DNA of 64,000 nucleotides from assembly GCF_009914755.1 (NCBI RefSeq), contig NC_060947.1. One strand, given 5' to 3'. This document shows, piece after piece, positions 1 through 13,192 of the stretch. Source of the stretch: the human T2T-CHM13v2.0 reference genome, Homo sapiens. Position numbers and translations under genes: made by a program. Below the pieces are notes generated by a model. It was not told where the DNA came from and did no database searches. It saw nothing but the letters and a program-made list of their open reading frames with translations. Each line of letters opens with the position of its first letter. Positions within the stretch are counted from its first letter, which is position 1.

Positions 1-6
1 TTTTAC

Positions 7-86
7 CATGACCTTCCTGCGTGTGCATGGGCCCGGGGGTGGTAGTGGCTGGCACTTGATTTTCCATTAAAGAGGCCCATGATTTT
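7..86 (-). pseudogene. Candidate exon (80 nt)
   Basis: Acceptor attttcctttttttaaAG, donor atg|GTaaaa. GC/CpG-richer than flanks. Two frames are open (KIMGLFNGKSSASHYHPRAHAHAGRS; KSWASLMENQVPATTTPGPMHTQEGH). Confidence 0.65.
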
Positions 87-211
87 CTTTAAAAAAAGGA
101 AAATATGGTTCTTGTTCAGTTATAAAATATTCATACTATAGGACAATAAGTTGCCTTATGGATCACCAGTGATCCTCAGACCAATCTCAGAAAACAACCA
201 AAAAAATTCAC

Positions 212-398
212 TCTTTGGTGCATTGTCACAACACGTTTTAAGGCTGAAGCTAACTCAGTAATGGATTCAACTATGATCTATTTTGTATTGATGCAAAGTC
301 ATTTGGTAAAACATCATCCTCCAACAAAATGGTTCAAATAAGTATTGATGAAGTTGCAGCATGGAAAGCCTATTGTATTCAGGCAGTGTTAGGATTGT
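212..398 (-). pseudogene. Candidate frameshifted exon (187 nt), end of an RGS-like repeat
   Basis: Acceptor ttgtttattttAG, donor aga|GTgaat. Different frames give AFHAATSSI, LFEPFCW, ILLEDDVLPNDF and IIVESITELASALKRVVTMHQR. Confidence 0.6.
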
Positions 399-799
399 CT
401 AAAATAAACAATCTTGGGATCCATAGATGTCTCAGATTTGCATTATTGTTTGAGGTGTAATTGAAATTAAAACATTCATAAGTGTATTTATGTCTGTCTC
501 AGATTCAGAGAATGAGTGGCAAGGAAAGTCCTTGATATTACCAAATGAGTGAATAGCTTCTTGTAGTGTCTCTTATCTCTGAAAATTAAAGAGAAGTTTG
601 TTCAATTATCATTCTGCATCATTGTATTAAAAAATACCTTTCTAGATTCATCTTATAAATATAGTTTTGAAAGTTATTTCAGTAAGATTGCAGAGAAGGC
701 TTAATTTTTTCTATAGACTTTCAGATAGACAAGGTAACTAAGCTCTTTTTCTACAATGAAAACAAAACATATAAGCTTTCAGTAACTCTGGGTATGTTG

Positions 800-865
800 A
801 GCAGTGACTGGATAAAGTAGCAGTCAGGAGTTCTAAGTTCTAATTTCACCTCAGCTACTATTGTC
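800..865 (+). repeat. MIR fragment
   Basis: agtcaggagttctaagttctaatttcacctcagctacta resembles the MIR core. Confidence 0.5.
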
Positions 866-1074
866 TCTAAATCTGTTTGTACATCTAAGAAGCAAGCGGA
901 TTTAGTTTGTCTAGACTTCCAAATTTGGCTCTGCTGAATCTAGGGAGTTCCATGTTTTCCTCAAAAGTCACATTTAGGCAGGAGAGAAAGGAGAAAAGAT
1001 TTCCTTTCATGTCTTGAGCAGTCAAAAATTTCAGGTTTCCAACACATTTCAACCAAATGATGGGTCTGATGTCC

Positions 1075-2097
1075 TTCATGCCCATGACTTTAGTAACCCT
1101 CTATATGCAGATAACTTCTAAATGTGTATCTCCATATCACATGCCTCTTGTGAGCATCCAATTGTCTGCATCCAATTGCCTACTCAATATCTCCAACTGA
1201 ATGTTCCAAAACCCTATCACACTCAACATGCCCAAGACCAAATTCTTGATCTTCCACAACCAAATGGCATCTTGCTATGTTCTTTATCACAGTAAGTAGC
1301 ATCAGTATCCTTTCAGTTGTGCAATCCTTAAAACTAGGCATTATCCTAGACACCTTCTACTTCCTTACCTCTATTTGTCCTCACTCTCACATCCTGTGAA
1401 TTTGACTCTCTAATATTCCTTGAGTGATTTCACATCTCTCCATTAATCCTGTGACAAAACTAGTCCAAGCTGATATCATCTCTTGCCTGGATTATAAGAG
1501 TTTTCAAACTGGTCTGTCTGCTTCTTCTCTGAATCTCTGCCCCCTTTCAATCAATTCTCCATATTTAAAGCAGATTTACCTTTTAAAGCCAATTCTGACC
1601 TTGTTACTTTCTTTATTAAAGTATTCCAGTGGATCGCGATCATCTTTGGGAAAAGACCAAACTCCTTTACGTAGCTTACAAAGCTATATATATATATATA
1701 GTTTTTTTTTCCTGTCTCCTTCTCTAGATTCGTTTCATCTCACGTTGTCTTTGTTGTGCTGTAGCCACCTGCATCTTCCTTTCGGCTCTTGTATAGGCCA
1801 TGGTCTCTTCTGCCACAGGATCTTTGCATGTGTTATCTTCATTTAAAATGCTCTTACTGCTCCATTCCATTCTCCAAATATCCCACCTGGTTAATTCCTA
1901 CTCTTCCTTTAGACAATTGTTCAGGAGTTAATACTTCAGGAAAACTTTGCAAAATTCTCATTCTGGGTCACGTCTTTTGTTCTTTGATACTTTTATAACC
2001 ACATTCCTTTTCTTCATCACATTTAATCCACTCATTTATGTGACTATTTTATAATATACGAATTCTCCAGTAGCTCTAAGCTCTGTGAGAATGAAGC
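1075..2097 (+). mobile_element. L2 (LINE2) 3' portion
   Basis: Pyrimidine-rich; ctatatgcagataacttctaaat matches the L2 RT LYADDS region; continues towards the L2 3' end. Confidence 0.85.
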
Positions 2098-2520
2098 TAT
2101 GGCAGATTGCATTTTCCAAAGATGGTTGCAATAACATCTCCTATTTAAACATAATTTTCTGTGATGTTATCTTGTGACTTCCCCCATCAAAAGGTGGAGT
2201 TTGATTCCTCTCCTTTGAATTGGGACTGACTTACCAATGCTTTGGCTAATGGAATGTGTCACAGGTGACATTATGTGACTACTATGGCTAAGTCATAAAA
2301 GTCAGTGCAACTTCTTTTTTTTTTTAACCAGAACACTTGCATTTTGAGCCCTAAATCACCGTGTAAGAAGTTCGAGTACTCTGAGGCTCCTGTACTATGA
2401 AGAAACCAAGCCACATGGAGGTGCTCCAGTTGGCAGTCTTAGTCTTCATAGCATCCCAGCAAGGTGCCAGACATGTGGGTTAAAAAGCCTTTGATAATTT
2501 CAATCACCAGCCATCAATTA
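2098..2520 (+). mobile_element. MLT1 (G/H-like) MaLR LTR fragment
   Basis: Begins tatggcagattgcattttccaaagatgg, followed by typical MLT1 internal blocks. Confidence 0.75.
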
Positions 2521-3009
2521 ACTAATATCTCTTCAAGTTTATTATAATTATTGTTGTATCTCTACTTACTAATCAATTTCTTTCTCTGTGTATCCATTTT
2601 TTAAAATCATCATCAAGGATTTAGTGGTTTTTAAATGATGGTGGCAAGATCACTATCCTCATGTGTTAACTTAGACTGTTAAGAATTTGACTTCAAGAGT
2701 TGACTATATCAACAAAATTAACTTGTAGAAACTGGGAAATCATTACTGTCAATCTACTCAAGGCAAAGTCGTGAAGATGCAGTAGAGAGCATCAGAGAAA
2801 AAGTAGAAAAGTATTTTGCCATATGGACAGATAAACTTTTAAGCTACTAGAAGGTGACACATTTGAGAAATTACTAGTAACCCTCCTTATTTATTTTTAT
2901 ATTTTTTAAAAAGTAAAATCTGTCAGTTATGTCTTTTCTGATTAAATGGTAATATTGTGTGAGAAGGAAGTGAAGCCAAAGGAAACTCAGAGGCCAAAAA
3001 GTGACAAAC

Positions 3010-3162
3010 CAAGAGTGCTTCATCCAAAATAAGTCCAGTTTACAGAAAGAAAAGAGAAAACACTGAGCTATATCAGCCCTCTGAGAAGTTCTTTGGAGGA
3101 AACAAGCCTAACACTAAACAAAGATCTTGGTGAAAATAATCAGCTGACTAGGTAGCACCAAC
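3010..3162 (-). pseudogene. Candidate decayed exon (donor uncertain)
   Basis: Strong acceptor ttttttgtatctttcttgcAG. One frame reads ..ACFLQRTSQRADIAQCFLFSFCKLDLFWMKH, containing an LxFW-like motif; stops present. Confidence 0.45.
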
Positions 3163-3437
3163 CTGCAAGAAAGATACAAAAAATGTCTTCGTGTTTCTGG
3201 GTGTCATGCAATATAATTTTGGAGCTACAAATGCAGAATCTATTTATGAATGGCCATTATCTAAAAAATTAAGGGCAGTTATAGAAACTAATGTCCCGTT
3301 TCTGCTTTTTACTGCAGGTCTTTTTTTTTTTTTTCCATATTGTACCTCCCTTCCTTAGCTGAGACATGAGAGTAATCTTGTAATTCAGCAGCCACACTCA
3401 GCATTTATGACATAATTGTGTTTGTATGCGAGTTTCA

Positions 3438-3465
3438 TACACACACACACACACACACAAACACA
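3438..3465. repeat. (CA)n microsatellite
   Basis: Direct inspection. Confidence 0.9.
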
Positions 3466-3611
3466 CCCCACACATATTTCCACCATCTTCATTTTGGCAA
3501 AATAATCTCAAATACATAAATTCACAAATGCACAGATACCACTAGGAAAACTCACAGTAGGATTTGCAAAATATATAAAGGATATAAGCATCAGTTTTAT
3601 TTTCAAAGTTT

Positions 3612-3612
<1 letters not shown>

Positions 3613-3656
<44 letters not shown>
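3613..3656. repeat. (GT)n microsatellite
   Basis: About 22 perfect GT units. Confidence 0.97.
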
Positions 3657-3658
<2 letters not shown>

Positions 3659-3678
3659 GCTGCAATGCCAGTTATTGC

Positions 3679-3733
3679 CTCTCAATCTGAAATGCTGTGA
3701 GACATCTCCTTTAGGAACTATACTCATGTTGTC
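3679..3733 (-). pseudogene. Candidate exon (55 nt, GC donor)
   Basis: Acceptor tattttatctttcAG; reads DNMSIVPKGDVSQHFRLR; donor gag|GCaat is non-canonical. Confidence 0.35.
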
Positions 3734-4788
3734 CTGAAAGATAAAATAGTTACAAAATGTTCCCCAAATAATAAGACACATTGATCCAGTGGCTGTAATT
3801 GTTTGAAATGTAAGAGTTAAATATTTAGACATCCCCAAAGTAGGCTTCCTTGAGTATCTGTGAAAATAACATCCTTTATATCAGGAATGGGGCGTTTCTA
3901 CTCATCATCGGGCCTCAGAAACCATCAATTCTGAGTCATGATAAATGACTTCACTTTTACTGCAAAATGACTCATAAACAACTTAGAGCTCAAGAGATTG
4001 TTTTGCAAGCTATTTTAAATTTATCTGGCTATCTTCCTCATTTAAAGATCAATATCCATATGGATCTTTACATAAATTCTCTTTTAGAACAGGTAATATC
4101 AACAAGCAGCCCATGAAATTGGAATGCTTGTAAGGTATTTTGAAATTACTCAGCAGATTTTCTTGTTACTGTGGCCTTGATTTTTTAAATTGTAACTGCC
4201 TCTAGATTTGTTATTTCTCTCTTTGACAATCAGACATTCACAGGTATGCTGGGCTAGAGGAATCAATCATAGAAAAAGTCCCAAGGACCATTTTTAGATT
4301 ACTCCCTAATTTAGTTTAATGGAGGCTGAGAGTATAGTACAGAATTTTATTTTATGTGCTGTAATATTAAATATTTATGTGTGTGCAGGACTTTCCCATG
4401 CCTGGTATGAGAACAGTAGTCGGAGTTCCCTATTAATCTACTGTCTTCAACGTTAGGAAGGGAAAAATAAATCTCTGGTTTGCCAAAAGGTGAAGAAACA
4501 TTTAAAGTCTAAACTCTCATTATCAGATTTACAAATATGAAAAAGACTAAAAAAGTGTTGCAGAGGGTGAGGGGAAATGGACAATTTTCCTTCTAGAGGC
4601 CAGTTTAATACAGTAAACCAATTTAAAAAATTTTGTCTTGGGAACTAATCACATAGATATAGTAGGCGCAAGAATATTTATCAAAATATTAAACAATGGA
4701 AGAGGAATAGAAACAAACTCAATATTCATCAATAGGGCACCAGTTAAGTAAAATATGATGTTTTATGTCTTAGTTTGGATTTTCCATA

Positions 4789-5125
4789 TCTGTGCTGTCT
4801 AAAACGGTAGCCATTTTACTGACCATAACTACATAACTACTGAACACTTGAAATATGGCTACACACCTAATTTCACCCCATATCACCATGCACAACTAAT
4901 TTCAGAGATGTACTGTGAAAAGAATAGAGACTATTTTATTAATAATTTTTTTATTTTAATTCCATGTTGAAATAATAATTTTTATATATTAAGTTAAATA
5001 AAATATATTGTTAAAATTAATTTCATCTGTTTCTTTTTACTTTTTGATGTGATTACCAGAAAATTTTAAATTGCATATATGGCTTGTGTTTGTGGCTTGC
5101 ATTATATTTCTAGAAATAGCACCAC
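4789..5125. mobile_element. MER33-like hAT-Charlie non-autonomous DNA transposon
   Basis: ctgtgctgtctaaaacggtagcca ... gttaaaattaatttcatctgtttctttttacttttt ... tgcattatatttct. Confidence 0.8.
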
Positions 5126-5493
5126 TCCAGAAGTAAACCTTGAGACAAGGATTTTTATGCAAGCAATTTATTAAAGAAGTGTTTCTGGAAGAATCTGGCG
5201 AAAGATTGGGAAAAGCAGGAAGGGGAATCAGAAGAAACCAAGCAAGTGTATGATTCAGATAAGTTTCAATCTCAGCCTGATCTTGCAGGAAGCTCTGGAG
5301 CATGAATTACACCTCAGAGTTTGTCCCACCTTGAGGCAAACTGAGCTGGGCTTTCCTATCCCTACATCAAGCAGTCCTTGAAACTCAAGGGTCACCCTGA
5401 GGAGAGGTAAACACTCAGGAATTTCTGGCTCTCCATTGCCTTGGTGAAGAAGTTCCTATAGACCAAGGACACACTCTAAAGAAGGTCACAGGT

Positions 5494-6225
<732 letters not shown>

Positions 6226-6330
6226 ACTAATAAAGTGAAGGTAATAAGTAAAACCTAAGATCTGAGATATGAGAACCTGTGAAATTTTACTAAATTCATG
6301 AATTAGTCATCCATGACATTTTTAGGATAC

Positions 6331-6459
6331 CTGGAATGCACCTGGTTATGTGATCATGGATGACATTCATCTCGTGTATACTCATATGATCAAATGGCTA
6401 GCCTCTGTTCTGCCTGGAAATTGTATGTGCTATGCTGGTCAGTAACTTGATGAAAAGAA
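6331..6459 (-). pseudogene. Candidate exon (129 nt, symmetric)
   Basis: Acceptor ttcatgtcttaatAG, donor cag|GTatcc; length divisible by 3; contains stops. Confidence 0.4.
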
Positions 6460-6789
6460 CTATTAAGACATGAATGTATATGGTCAAATTGGCCACAGGT
6501 TAATTAAAGGATAAAAGAGGATGCCTGAACCAGAGGACCCAAGGTTCAATACATTCTAAATAAGCAAAACATCCTGAGGGATTGCAGAACTAAATACGAA
6601 TGTTTTAAATAAAGATAAGATCAGTAACAGTGCCTTTCCCAGCTGTATTAGAGCCTGAGGTAAAAAAAAAAAATTAGTAATACTCCTTCTTTCTTTGATA
6701 AAAAATGACTACATTTCCTTCAAGATGGAATTTTGCATCAATTTTTGTTTTTTAAGGTACCACATTAAAATATCTCATTTGATTACTGA

Positions 6790-6870
6790 GAATTCTGGTA
6801 TCCCCATAAATTTTGCATCCTAGGTAAGTGCCTCACTCACCTCACTTGCCTCCTCTTAGTCCCAGCTTAA
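6790..6870. mobile_element. MER91-like hAT fragment
   Basis: cctaggtaagtgcctcactcacctcac ... tagtcccagc. Confidence 0.5.
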
Positions 6871-7033
6871 GTTGGAAGTGTCTCATGAAACAGCCTTAGT
6901 CTAACTAATCATTTGATGTACACATAAAACTATCATCTGCATATCACTTCTGAAAGTTGGCTGCCAGAGTGATAAATAGAAAACCTTGCTGTAACCCTTC
7001 CTTTCATTACTGGCAATCCAGCACTGTCTTTAC

Positions 7034-7173
7034 CTGAATTATATGAGGAAGAATAGAGGATGTTGAGACACAAGGATTTTCAGATCTGTTTGAGAACCAT
7101 TAACAAAGCGGTAAATAATATGTGCTGAAGATGTGCTAATATTTACATGTATTTTAACACAGAGATAGCAAAA
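7034..7173 (-). pseudogene. Candidate frameshifted exon (140 nt), RGS-like C-terminal helices
   Basis: Poly-T AG acceptor, donor cag|GTaaag. Reads FAISVLKYM*ILAH, then after frameshifts STYYLP and RFVN. Confidence 0.7.
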
Positions 7174-7358
7174 CTAAAAAAAAAAAAAAAAAAAAAAAAA
7201 ACACCAAGGAGAAAAATCGTTCATACAGACACAAAAGTGATCATTAAAGAGAAAACTCATAGGTTGGGAATTACAGAGAAATAACTTCTAGCAAAGGGTC
7301 TTTGGTATAAATTCCAACATTCATTAATGGCTTCATGGGATCTTGCATTAAGACTTAC

Positions 7359-7453
7359 AGAAAAACATGTGCAGGACTGCATTACAGTGCATTTTCATAT
7401 TATTTATCACTTTGTTTGCTCTCAGATATTTAGCTTCCCTTAATAAGAGTATT
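7359..7453 (-). pseudogene. Candidate exon (95 nt), open
   Basis: Acceptor tgatcctttcAG, donor ct|GTAAGT; reads ILLLREAKYLRANKVINNMKMHCNAVLHMFF. Confidence 0.72.
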
Positions 7454-8164
7454 CTGAAAGGATCAATATATTGAAAATTGCTCCCACTCTCTCTTTCACT
7501 CTCACAAGTACCTCTTTCATAAAACCTTGCCCTTAAATAGTTCACAAAATGAATAGTAAAAATAGAATAGGTTAAGACTAAAAGTTGCGTCTTTTTTTTT
7601 CCCTGAAAGCTTTGTGTAAAATTGTATATGCAGTCATATATTTATAGTTTTCCCAATATATTTATGCTAGTGCATGTTTTATCCTTTCTCTAACTTTACA
7701 GAAATGCATATTTTCAAGTTGCATTTCTATTGCAGATCCTAAATCTTAAAAAGAATCCTTGTGCTAAAAAATAGTGATTTGCATTCTTGTTTACAAATAA
7801 AATTCAAATAGAGTTGACTAGTCATCTATGAAGCAGTTGAGAATTAATGCTTGAATAATTTTCTTAAATGATGCAATATAGTTTCTCCACAGGGGGCAAT
7901 ATGATATATGAAAAGTTCAGTTACTTTGGGGATATTTGTTTTATATTGTGAAAATCACATCTTGAAGGATATCCCTCAGAATTAAGTAACACTCAGAACC
8001 AAAAATTATTACATGCCTTTTGGCAAGATCAATACAACATAGTGGTGGGAGACACTTGAAAATATTTTTCTGATAAAATGTATAGAGTTACTGACTCTTT
8101 TACAATGCTCACTTTGAAACGGGTTGAAATGAAAAAGAACATACAGTGCAGAAAATGAGCTCTC

Positions 8165-8545
8165 TAGCAGATGCTGTTGGTGATAGACCATATCCCCTTG
8201 GCACATGCTGTTCCAGAGCATGTGAAGGGTGTTCAGGGCTAATCCAATGACAAATAGGAGGTGGAGAATAAACTCCTCAGCTTCCTTGCCCTTTGAGAGT
8301 AGGGTAAGGAGTAGACAGCTTGGAAGATTGTTCTACATTGTCTCCCAGAGTTTCTCAGTGGAATTGAACCTCAGTTGCTCATAGTGACAATTTGTTTGAT
8401 AAAGTACTCTGTATTCACTTCCTTCTTTTCCCTGTTTCCATTCCTACTCTCCTACTAAGTCTTCCTGCGATCACTTCCCAGACAAACTACTTGCACTTGA
8501 GCCATTGATGCAGAGCCTTCTGGAAGGGTCACAAACCAAAGTAAT
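8165..8545 (+). mobile_element. LTR16-like ERVL solo LTR
   Basis: tctcccagagtttctcagtggaattgaacctcagttgc ... aaactacttgcacttga ... aaaccaaag. Confidence 0.75.
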
Positions 8546-9022
8546 CTCCTTGGAGTAAGTGAATGAAGAAATGAATCTAGTAATGAATTCACATTGATCT
8601 CTCTGTCAGTTCCCAAATCACTGAGTTTGGTGCAGCTCTCCTAGAACCTTTAGATGCTTTAAACTCTGCTGTCTTTTACAAAAATGAAACAAAATAAAAT
8701 GAAAAGTATCTCATTTTATATACTTCCTTCCTCTCCTCTCAAAGTACATAATTCTTGAAAGCAAGCTCTCATGCCTGAGAGTGTACAATCTTGATGTAGA
8801 ATATTAGGCACAAAATAAAAAATGAAAAATTTTGAACTATTGTTCTCAAAGCCTCTACATAATGACAGCTTTTATGGCCTAGTGTTGACAAATGAAAAGG
8901 ATACCCTGCAGGCCAACTGTGTACATTCACAAAATAAACTATTGAAACAGCTTGGGGAATTTTTTTTTTTTCAAATGAAACAGGTCCACTTGAACATGTC
9001 TTGCTCAAAAGTCATTTGTAAC

Positions 9023-9151
9023 CCTTGGCATTTCATCTGGACTTCTTTATGCTTGCCACTGGGGCCACATTAATATTTGAACATCATACTGGCAAAACAG
9101 ATTCACCAAGGCAGTGGGAAGACAAGGTATAAGGACTGTCTTCAGCTGTAT
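9023..9151 (-). pseudogene. Candidate exon (donor uncertain: 9107, 9023 or 8905)
   Basis: Acceptor tctgctcattttttcAG. Phase-1 start gives (D)TAEDS, with a frameshifted PW downstream; resembles the recalled RGS22 DTAEEYILLLLLEPW. Confidence 0.55.
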
Positions 9152-9469
9152 CTGAAAAAATGAGCAGAATAATGCTGAAGAGCCTGGACATAACTGTGTC
9201 CCTTAAAAATATACAGCACTAAAAAACTGAGATGTGTTGCCATAAAGAGCAGTAATCTTTGTACGTTTAAAATTCAACCCTTCAATTCCCATGTTTGTAT
9301 CTAAATGTCCCACCCTTTGTCATTGCTTTGTAGCATTTACCACTGGAAAATGCAGTGTATTATTCAGATGTCAGTACAGGTGTTACTTAATGCACACCTG
9401 AAAATCCCAGACATTCCAAACATGAAAATTCATAGCTGTATTCATGATAAGCAAAAAACTGTAAGCAAC

Positions 9470-11819
9470 GATATGACATTATATTTGAAAAAAATCTGAA
9501 GACTCCACCAAAAAAAAAAAAAACTACTAGAACTGATAAATTTAGTAAAGTTTAAGGATACAAAATCAAGATGCAAAAATCAGTAACATTTTCATATGCC
9601 AACACTGAAAAATCTGAAAAAGAAATAAAAAATAATCCCACTTACAATAGCCACAAATAAAATGAAATACCTAGGAATTAACTTAACCAAAGAAATGAAA
9701 GACCTCTACAATGAAAACTATGAAACACTGAAGAAAAAGAAATGAAGAGGACAAAAAATGGAAATATATTCCTTGTTCATGGACTGGAAGAATCAACATT
9801 GTTAAAATGTCTATACTACCGAAATAAATCAACAGATTCCATACAATCCCTATTAAAATGCCTATGACATTCTTCACAGAAATAGACAAAAAAACTCGAA
9901 TTTATATGGAATCACAAAAGACCCAGAATAGCCAAAGCTATCTTGAGCAAAAAGAACAAAACTGGAGGAATCACTTTACCTGACTTCAAGTTATACTACA
10001 GAGCTATAGTAACCAGAACAGTATGGCACTGGCATAAAAACAGACACGCAGACCAATGAAGCAGAATAAAGAATTCAGAAACAAATCTACACACCTACAG
10101 TGAACTCATTTTCAACAATTATGCCAAGAACATACACTGGGGAAAAGACAGTCTTTTAAATAAATGTTGCTGGGAAAACTGGATATCCATATGCAGAAGA
10201 ATGAAACTAGACCCCTACTTCTTGCCATATACAAAAATCAAATCAAAATGGACTAAAGACTTAAACCTAAGGCCTCAGACTATGAAACTACTACAAGAAA
10301 TATTGAGGAAACTCTCCAGGACATTGTTCTGGGCAAAAATTTCTTCCATAATACCCTGCAAACACAGACAACAAAACGAAAATGGACAAATGAGATCACA
10401 TCAAGATAACAAGCTTCTGTACAGCAAAGGATAACCCATAGAAAGGGAGAAGATATTTGCAAACTACCAATCTGACAAGGGATTAATAACCAGAATACGT
10501 GAGGAGCTCAAACAATTCTATAGGGAAAAATCTAATAATCCAGTCAAGAAATGGGCAAAAGATTTGAATAGACATTTCTCAAAAGAAGTCATACATGGCT
10601 GGGCATGGTGGCTCACACCTGTAATCCCAGCAATTTGGGAGGCTGAGGCAGGTGGATCACCTAAGATCAGGAGTTTGAGACCAGCCTGGCCAACATGGCG
10701 AAACCCTGTCTCTACTAAAAATACAAAAATTGGCTGGGTGTGGTGGCAGGCGCCTATAATCCCAGCTACTCAGGAGGCTGAGGTAGGAGAATCGCTTGAA
10801 GCTGGGGGCAGAGGTTGCATTGAGCCAAGATCATGCCACTTCATTCTAGCTTGGGTGAAAGAGGACATACAAATGGCAAACAGGTATATGAAAAGGTGTT
10901 CAATATCAGAGAAATGCAAATCAAAACTACCTGAGATATGAGATATCATCTCACCCAAATTAAAATGGCTTTAATTTAAAAGTTTGCCAGTAACAAACGT
11001 TGGTGAGGATGTGGAGAAAAAGCAGCCCTTGTACACTGCTGGTGGGAGTGTAAATTAGTACAACCATTATGGAGAACAATTTGTAGGTTCTTCAAAAAAG
11101 AAACTAAAAATAGAGCTACCATCTGATCCAACAATCCCACTGCTGGGTACATACTCAAAAGAAACGAAATCAGTATATTGAAGAGATATCTGCATTCCTA
11201 TGTTTGTTGAAGCACTGTTCACAATAGCCAAGATTAGGAAGCAACCTATTTGTCCATTAACAGGTGAATGCATAAAGAAAAGGTGGTACTTATACACAAT
11301 GGAGTACTATTCAGTCATAAAAAAGAATGAAATGCTGTTATTTGCAATAACATAGAAGGAAATGGAGGTTATTATATTAAGTGAAAATAAGCCAGGAACA
11401 GAAAGACAAACATCATCTGTTCTCACTTATTTGTCGGATCTAAAAATCAAAACAAGTGAACTCATTGAGATACAGAGTAGAAGGATGGTTACAGAAACTG
11501 GGAAGGGTAGTGGGGGGCTGGGAGGAAGGTGACAATGGTTAATGGGTACAAAAAAAATACAAAGAATGAATAAGACTTAGTATTTGCTAGCAAAACAGCA
11601 GAACTATAGTAAATAAAAATTTACTTGTACACATTAAAATAACTAAAAGGGTATAATTGAATTGTTTGTAACACAAAGGATAAGTGCTTGAGGGGATGAA
11701 TACCCAGTTTTCCATGATATAATTATTATCATATTATACCTTTATTAAAAAATCTCATGCACTACTTAAATATATACACCTACTATGTACTCAGAAAAAT
11801 TAAAAATTTTAAAAATTAT
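9470..11819 (+). mobile_element. 5'-truncated L1MA (L1MA2/3-like) inserted in an older L1M
   Basis: ORF2 C-terminal remnants ([17 protein letters not shown]) and an L1MA 3' UTR; TSD aaaactgtaagcaac (9455-9469) / aaaactgcaagcaac (11820-11834). Confidence 0.9.
10597..10863 (+). mobile_element. AluS lacking its 3' end and poly(A)
   Basis: Both arms present; ends gcttgggtgaaagag directly into L1 gacatacaaatgg. Confidence 0.92.
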
Positions 11820-12245
11820 AAAACTGCAAGCAACCCAAAGGTCCATTAAGAATTAAATGGATAAGCAAATCAAGGTATATACACGCAGTGAGATACTATA
11901 CAACTATACAAAGGATCAACATGAATGAATCTCAAAAATATATTAAGTGAAAGAAGCCAGACACAAAAAGCTATATACTATATGTGCCATTTATATGAAA
12001 TTCTAGAAAGGGGGAATCTAATCAATAATAGAATGCAGATCAGTGGCTGCCGAGAGCCAGGGGAGGATTGACTGCAAAGGAGGCTTGAAAGAACGTTTTG
12101 TGGTAATGAAAATGTTCTACATTTTGATTGTGATGGTTCCTACATATGTTTAAAAATATATCAAAACTCATTGAACTGTACACTTAAATTGGCACATTTT
12201 ATTATACGTAAATTAATCTCCAATAAAGTTCATTTGAAATAAAAC
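11820..12245 (+). mobile_element. Old L1M (MC/ME) 3' end; host of the L1MA above
   Basis: atgaatctcaaaaatatattaagtgaaagaagccagacacaaaa ... caataaag. Confidence 0.8.
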
Positions 12246-12329
12246 TTATTTGTATCTTCTACCAAAACTTTATTTAACTAACAAACCAATTGCTATCATT
12301 TAGTAAGCAGGGCACTGAGCAAAATAAAC

Positions 12330-12441
12330 TTAGGACAGTTATATTTTGTCAAGGGTTCCAGACAGACTTGAGTATCATCTTTCATTGTAGGCATCTAGGG
12401 GAGCCCGGGACTCTAGAAACCTGATACTTGAAAAAATGTAT
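12330..12441 (-). pseudogene. Candidate exon (donor not identifiable)
   Basis: Long pyrimidine tract ctcttttcttctcctccccttctactgtttcttttAG; phase-2 reading YIFSSIRFLESRAPLDAYNER*. Confidence 0.65.
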
Positions 12442-12701
12442 CTAAAAGAAACAGTAGAAGGGGAGGAGAAGAAAAGAGTAACAAAAACAAAAGGAAACAA
12501 AAGCACATTTGACCACCTTCAGAATTTTGCCTGCTGACAAACAATACTGTTTCTGCATCATCACTCTGCTTGCCCACGCCCAGGAATACCATGTTTATGT
12601 GTGGGTGTAGTGGGGGCGAGGAGGAGCAAGGGTATCAAAACATGGGCATGCATCTATTGGTGGTGTCTTAAGATGAAAAATTTAAAGATACATTTTGGAG
12701 C

Positions 12702-12885
12702 GAAGATTATCTCAAACTTTAGTGAACATTAAAATCACCTGCACAGTTAGTCAACATGCAGATCCCTGGGCCCCACCACAGAGATTCAGTGGGTCTGGAG
12801 TAGAGCTGAGATTTTGCATTTCTAGCAAGATTCTGGGTGATGCTGATGCTGATGCTGCTGGCCAAGAGACCACACTTTGTGTAGA
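12702..12885. mobile_element. MER5A-like DNA transposon
   Basis: tctcaaactttagtgaacattaaaatcacctg ... gcatttctagcaagattctgggtgatgctgatgctg ... accacactttg. Confidence 0.85.
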
Positions 12886-13133
12886 CCTGATCTTTAACCC
12901 TAATGCTATGCTGAAGTAGGGATGAACGCTCATATTTAATTATTGCTGAAAATTGTGCTGTTGTCATGGCCAAAGCATGTTGGCTCAGAACTTTTTTAGA
13001 AGAGAGAATTTATTCAAGAGAGCTCTGATTTTGTTCCTTGCTCCAAATTTGGTCGGTATTTAATGAATACTCCTTGGAATTTGTTGATAAGAGGAGGTGA
13101 GTGAGCTTAAGAAAATAGATCCTAGTTGCTTAC

Positions 13134-13192
13134 CATTTATTTCTCAGAAAATCCCAAGTGTCATCTGTATGTGTGAGCAGGGCTCCCTGGTC
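13134..13192 (-). pseudogene. Candidate exon (59 nt)
   Basis: Acceptor ctctcacattttgatggcAG, donor atg|GTAAGc; open as DQGALLTHTDDTWDFLRNK. Phase 0 start is out of phase with the upstream exon. Confidence 0.6.

Noticed and set aside
280-335. ILLEDDV read as a glycosyltransferase DxD-type motif
   Set aside because: An isolated short match; the surrounding exons fit RGS-like repeats better.
885-1010. Additional exon near the pyrimidine tract at ~980-1000 (minus strand)
   Set aside because: The AG is far from the tract, the donor is weak and there is no convincing motif.
1424-1846. 140-aa ORF, and similar Leu/Ser-rich ORFs at 16281-16664, 39343-39825 and 39798-40244
   Set aside because: All lie within pyrimidine-rich L2 sequence, where composition explains the lack of stops.
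7359-7453. LLLREAKYL read as a dynein heavy-chain N-terminal motif
   Set aside because: The order and spacing of neighbouring motifs do not follow dynein, and the next exon gives an RGS-type YYLP/RF ending.
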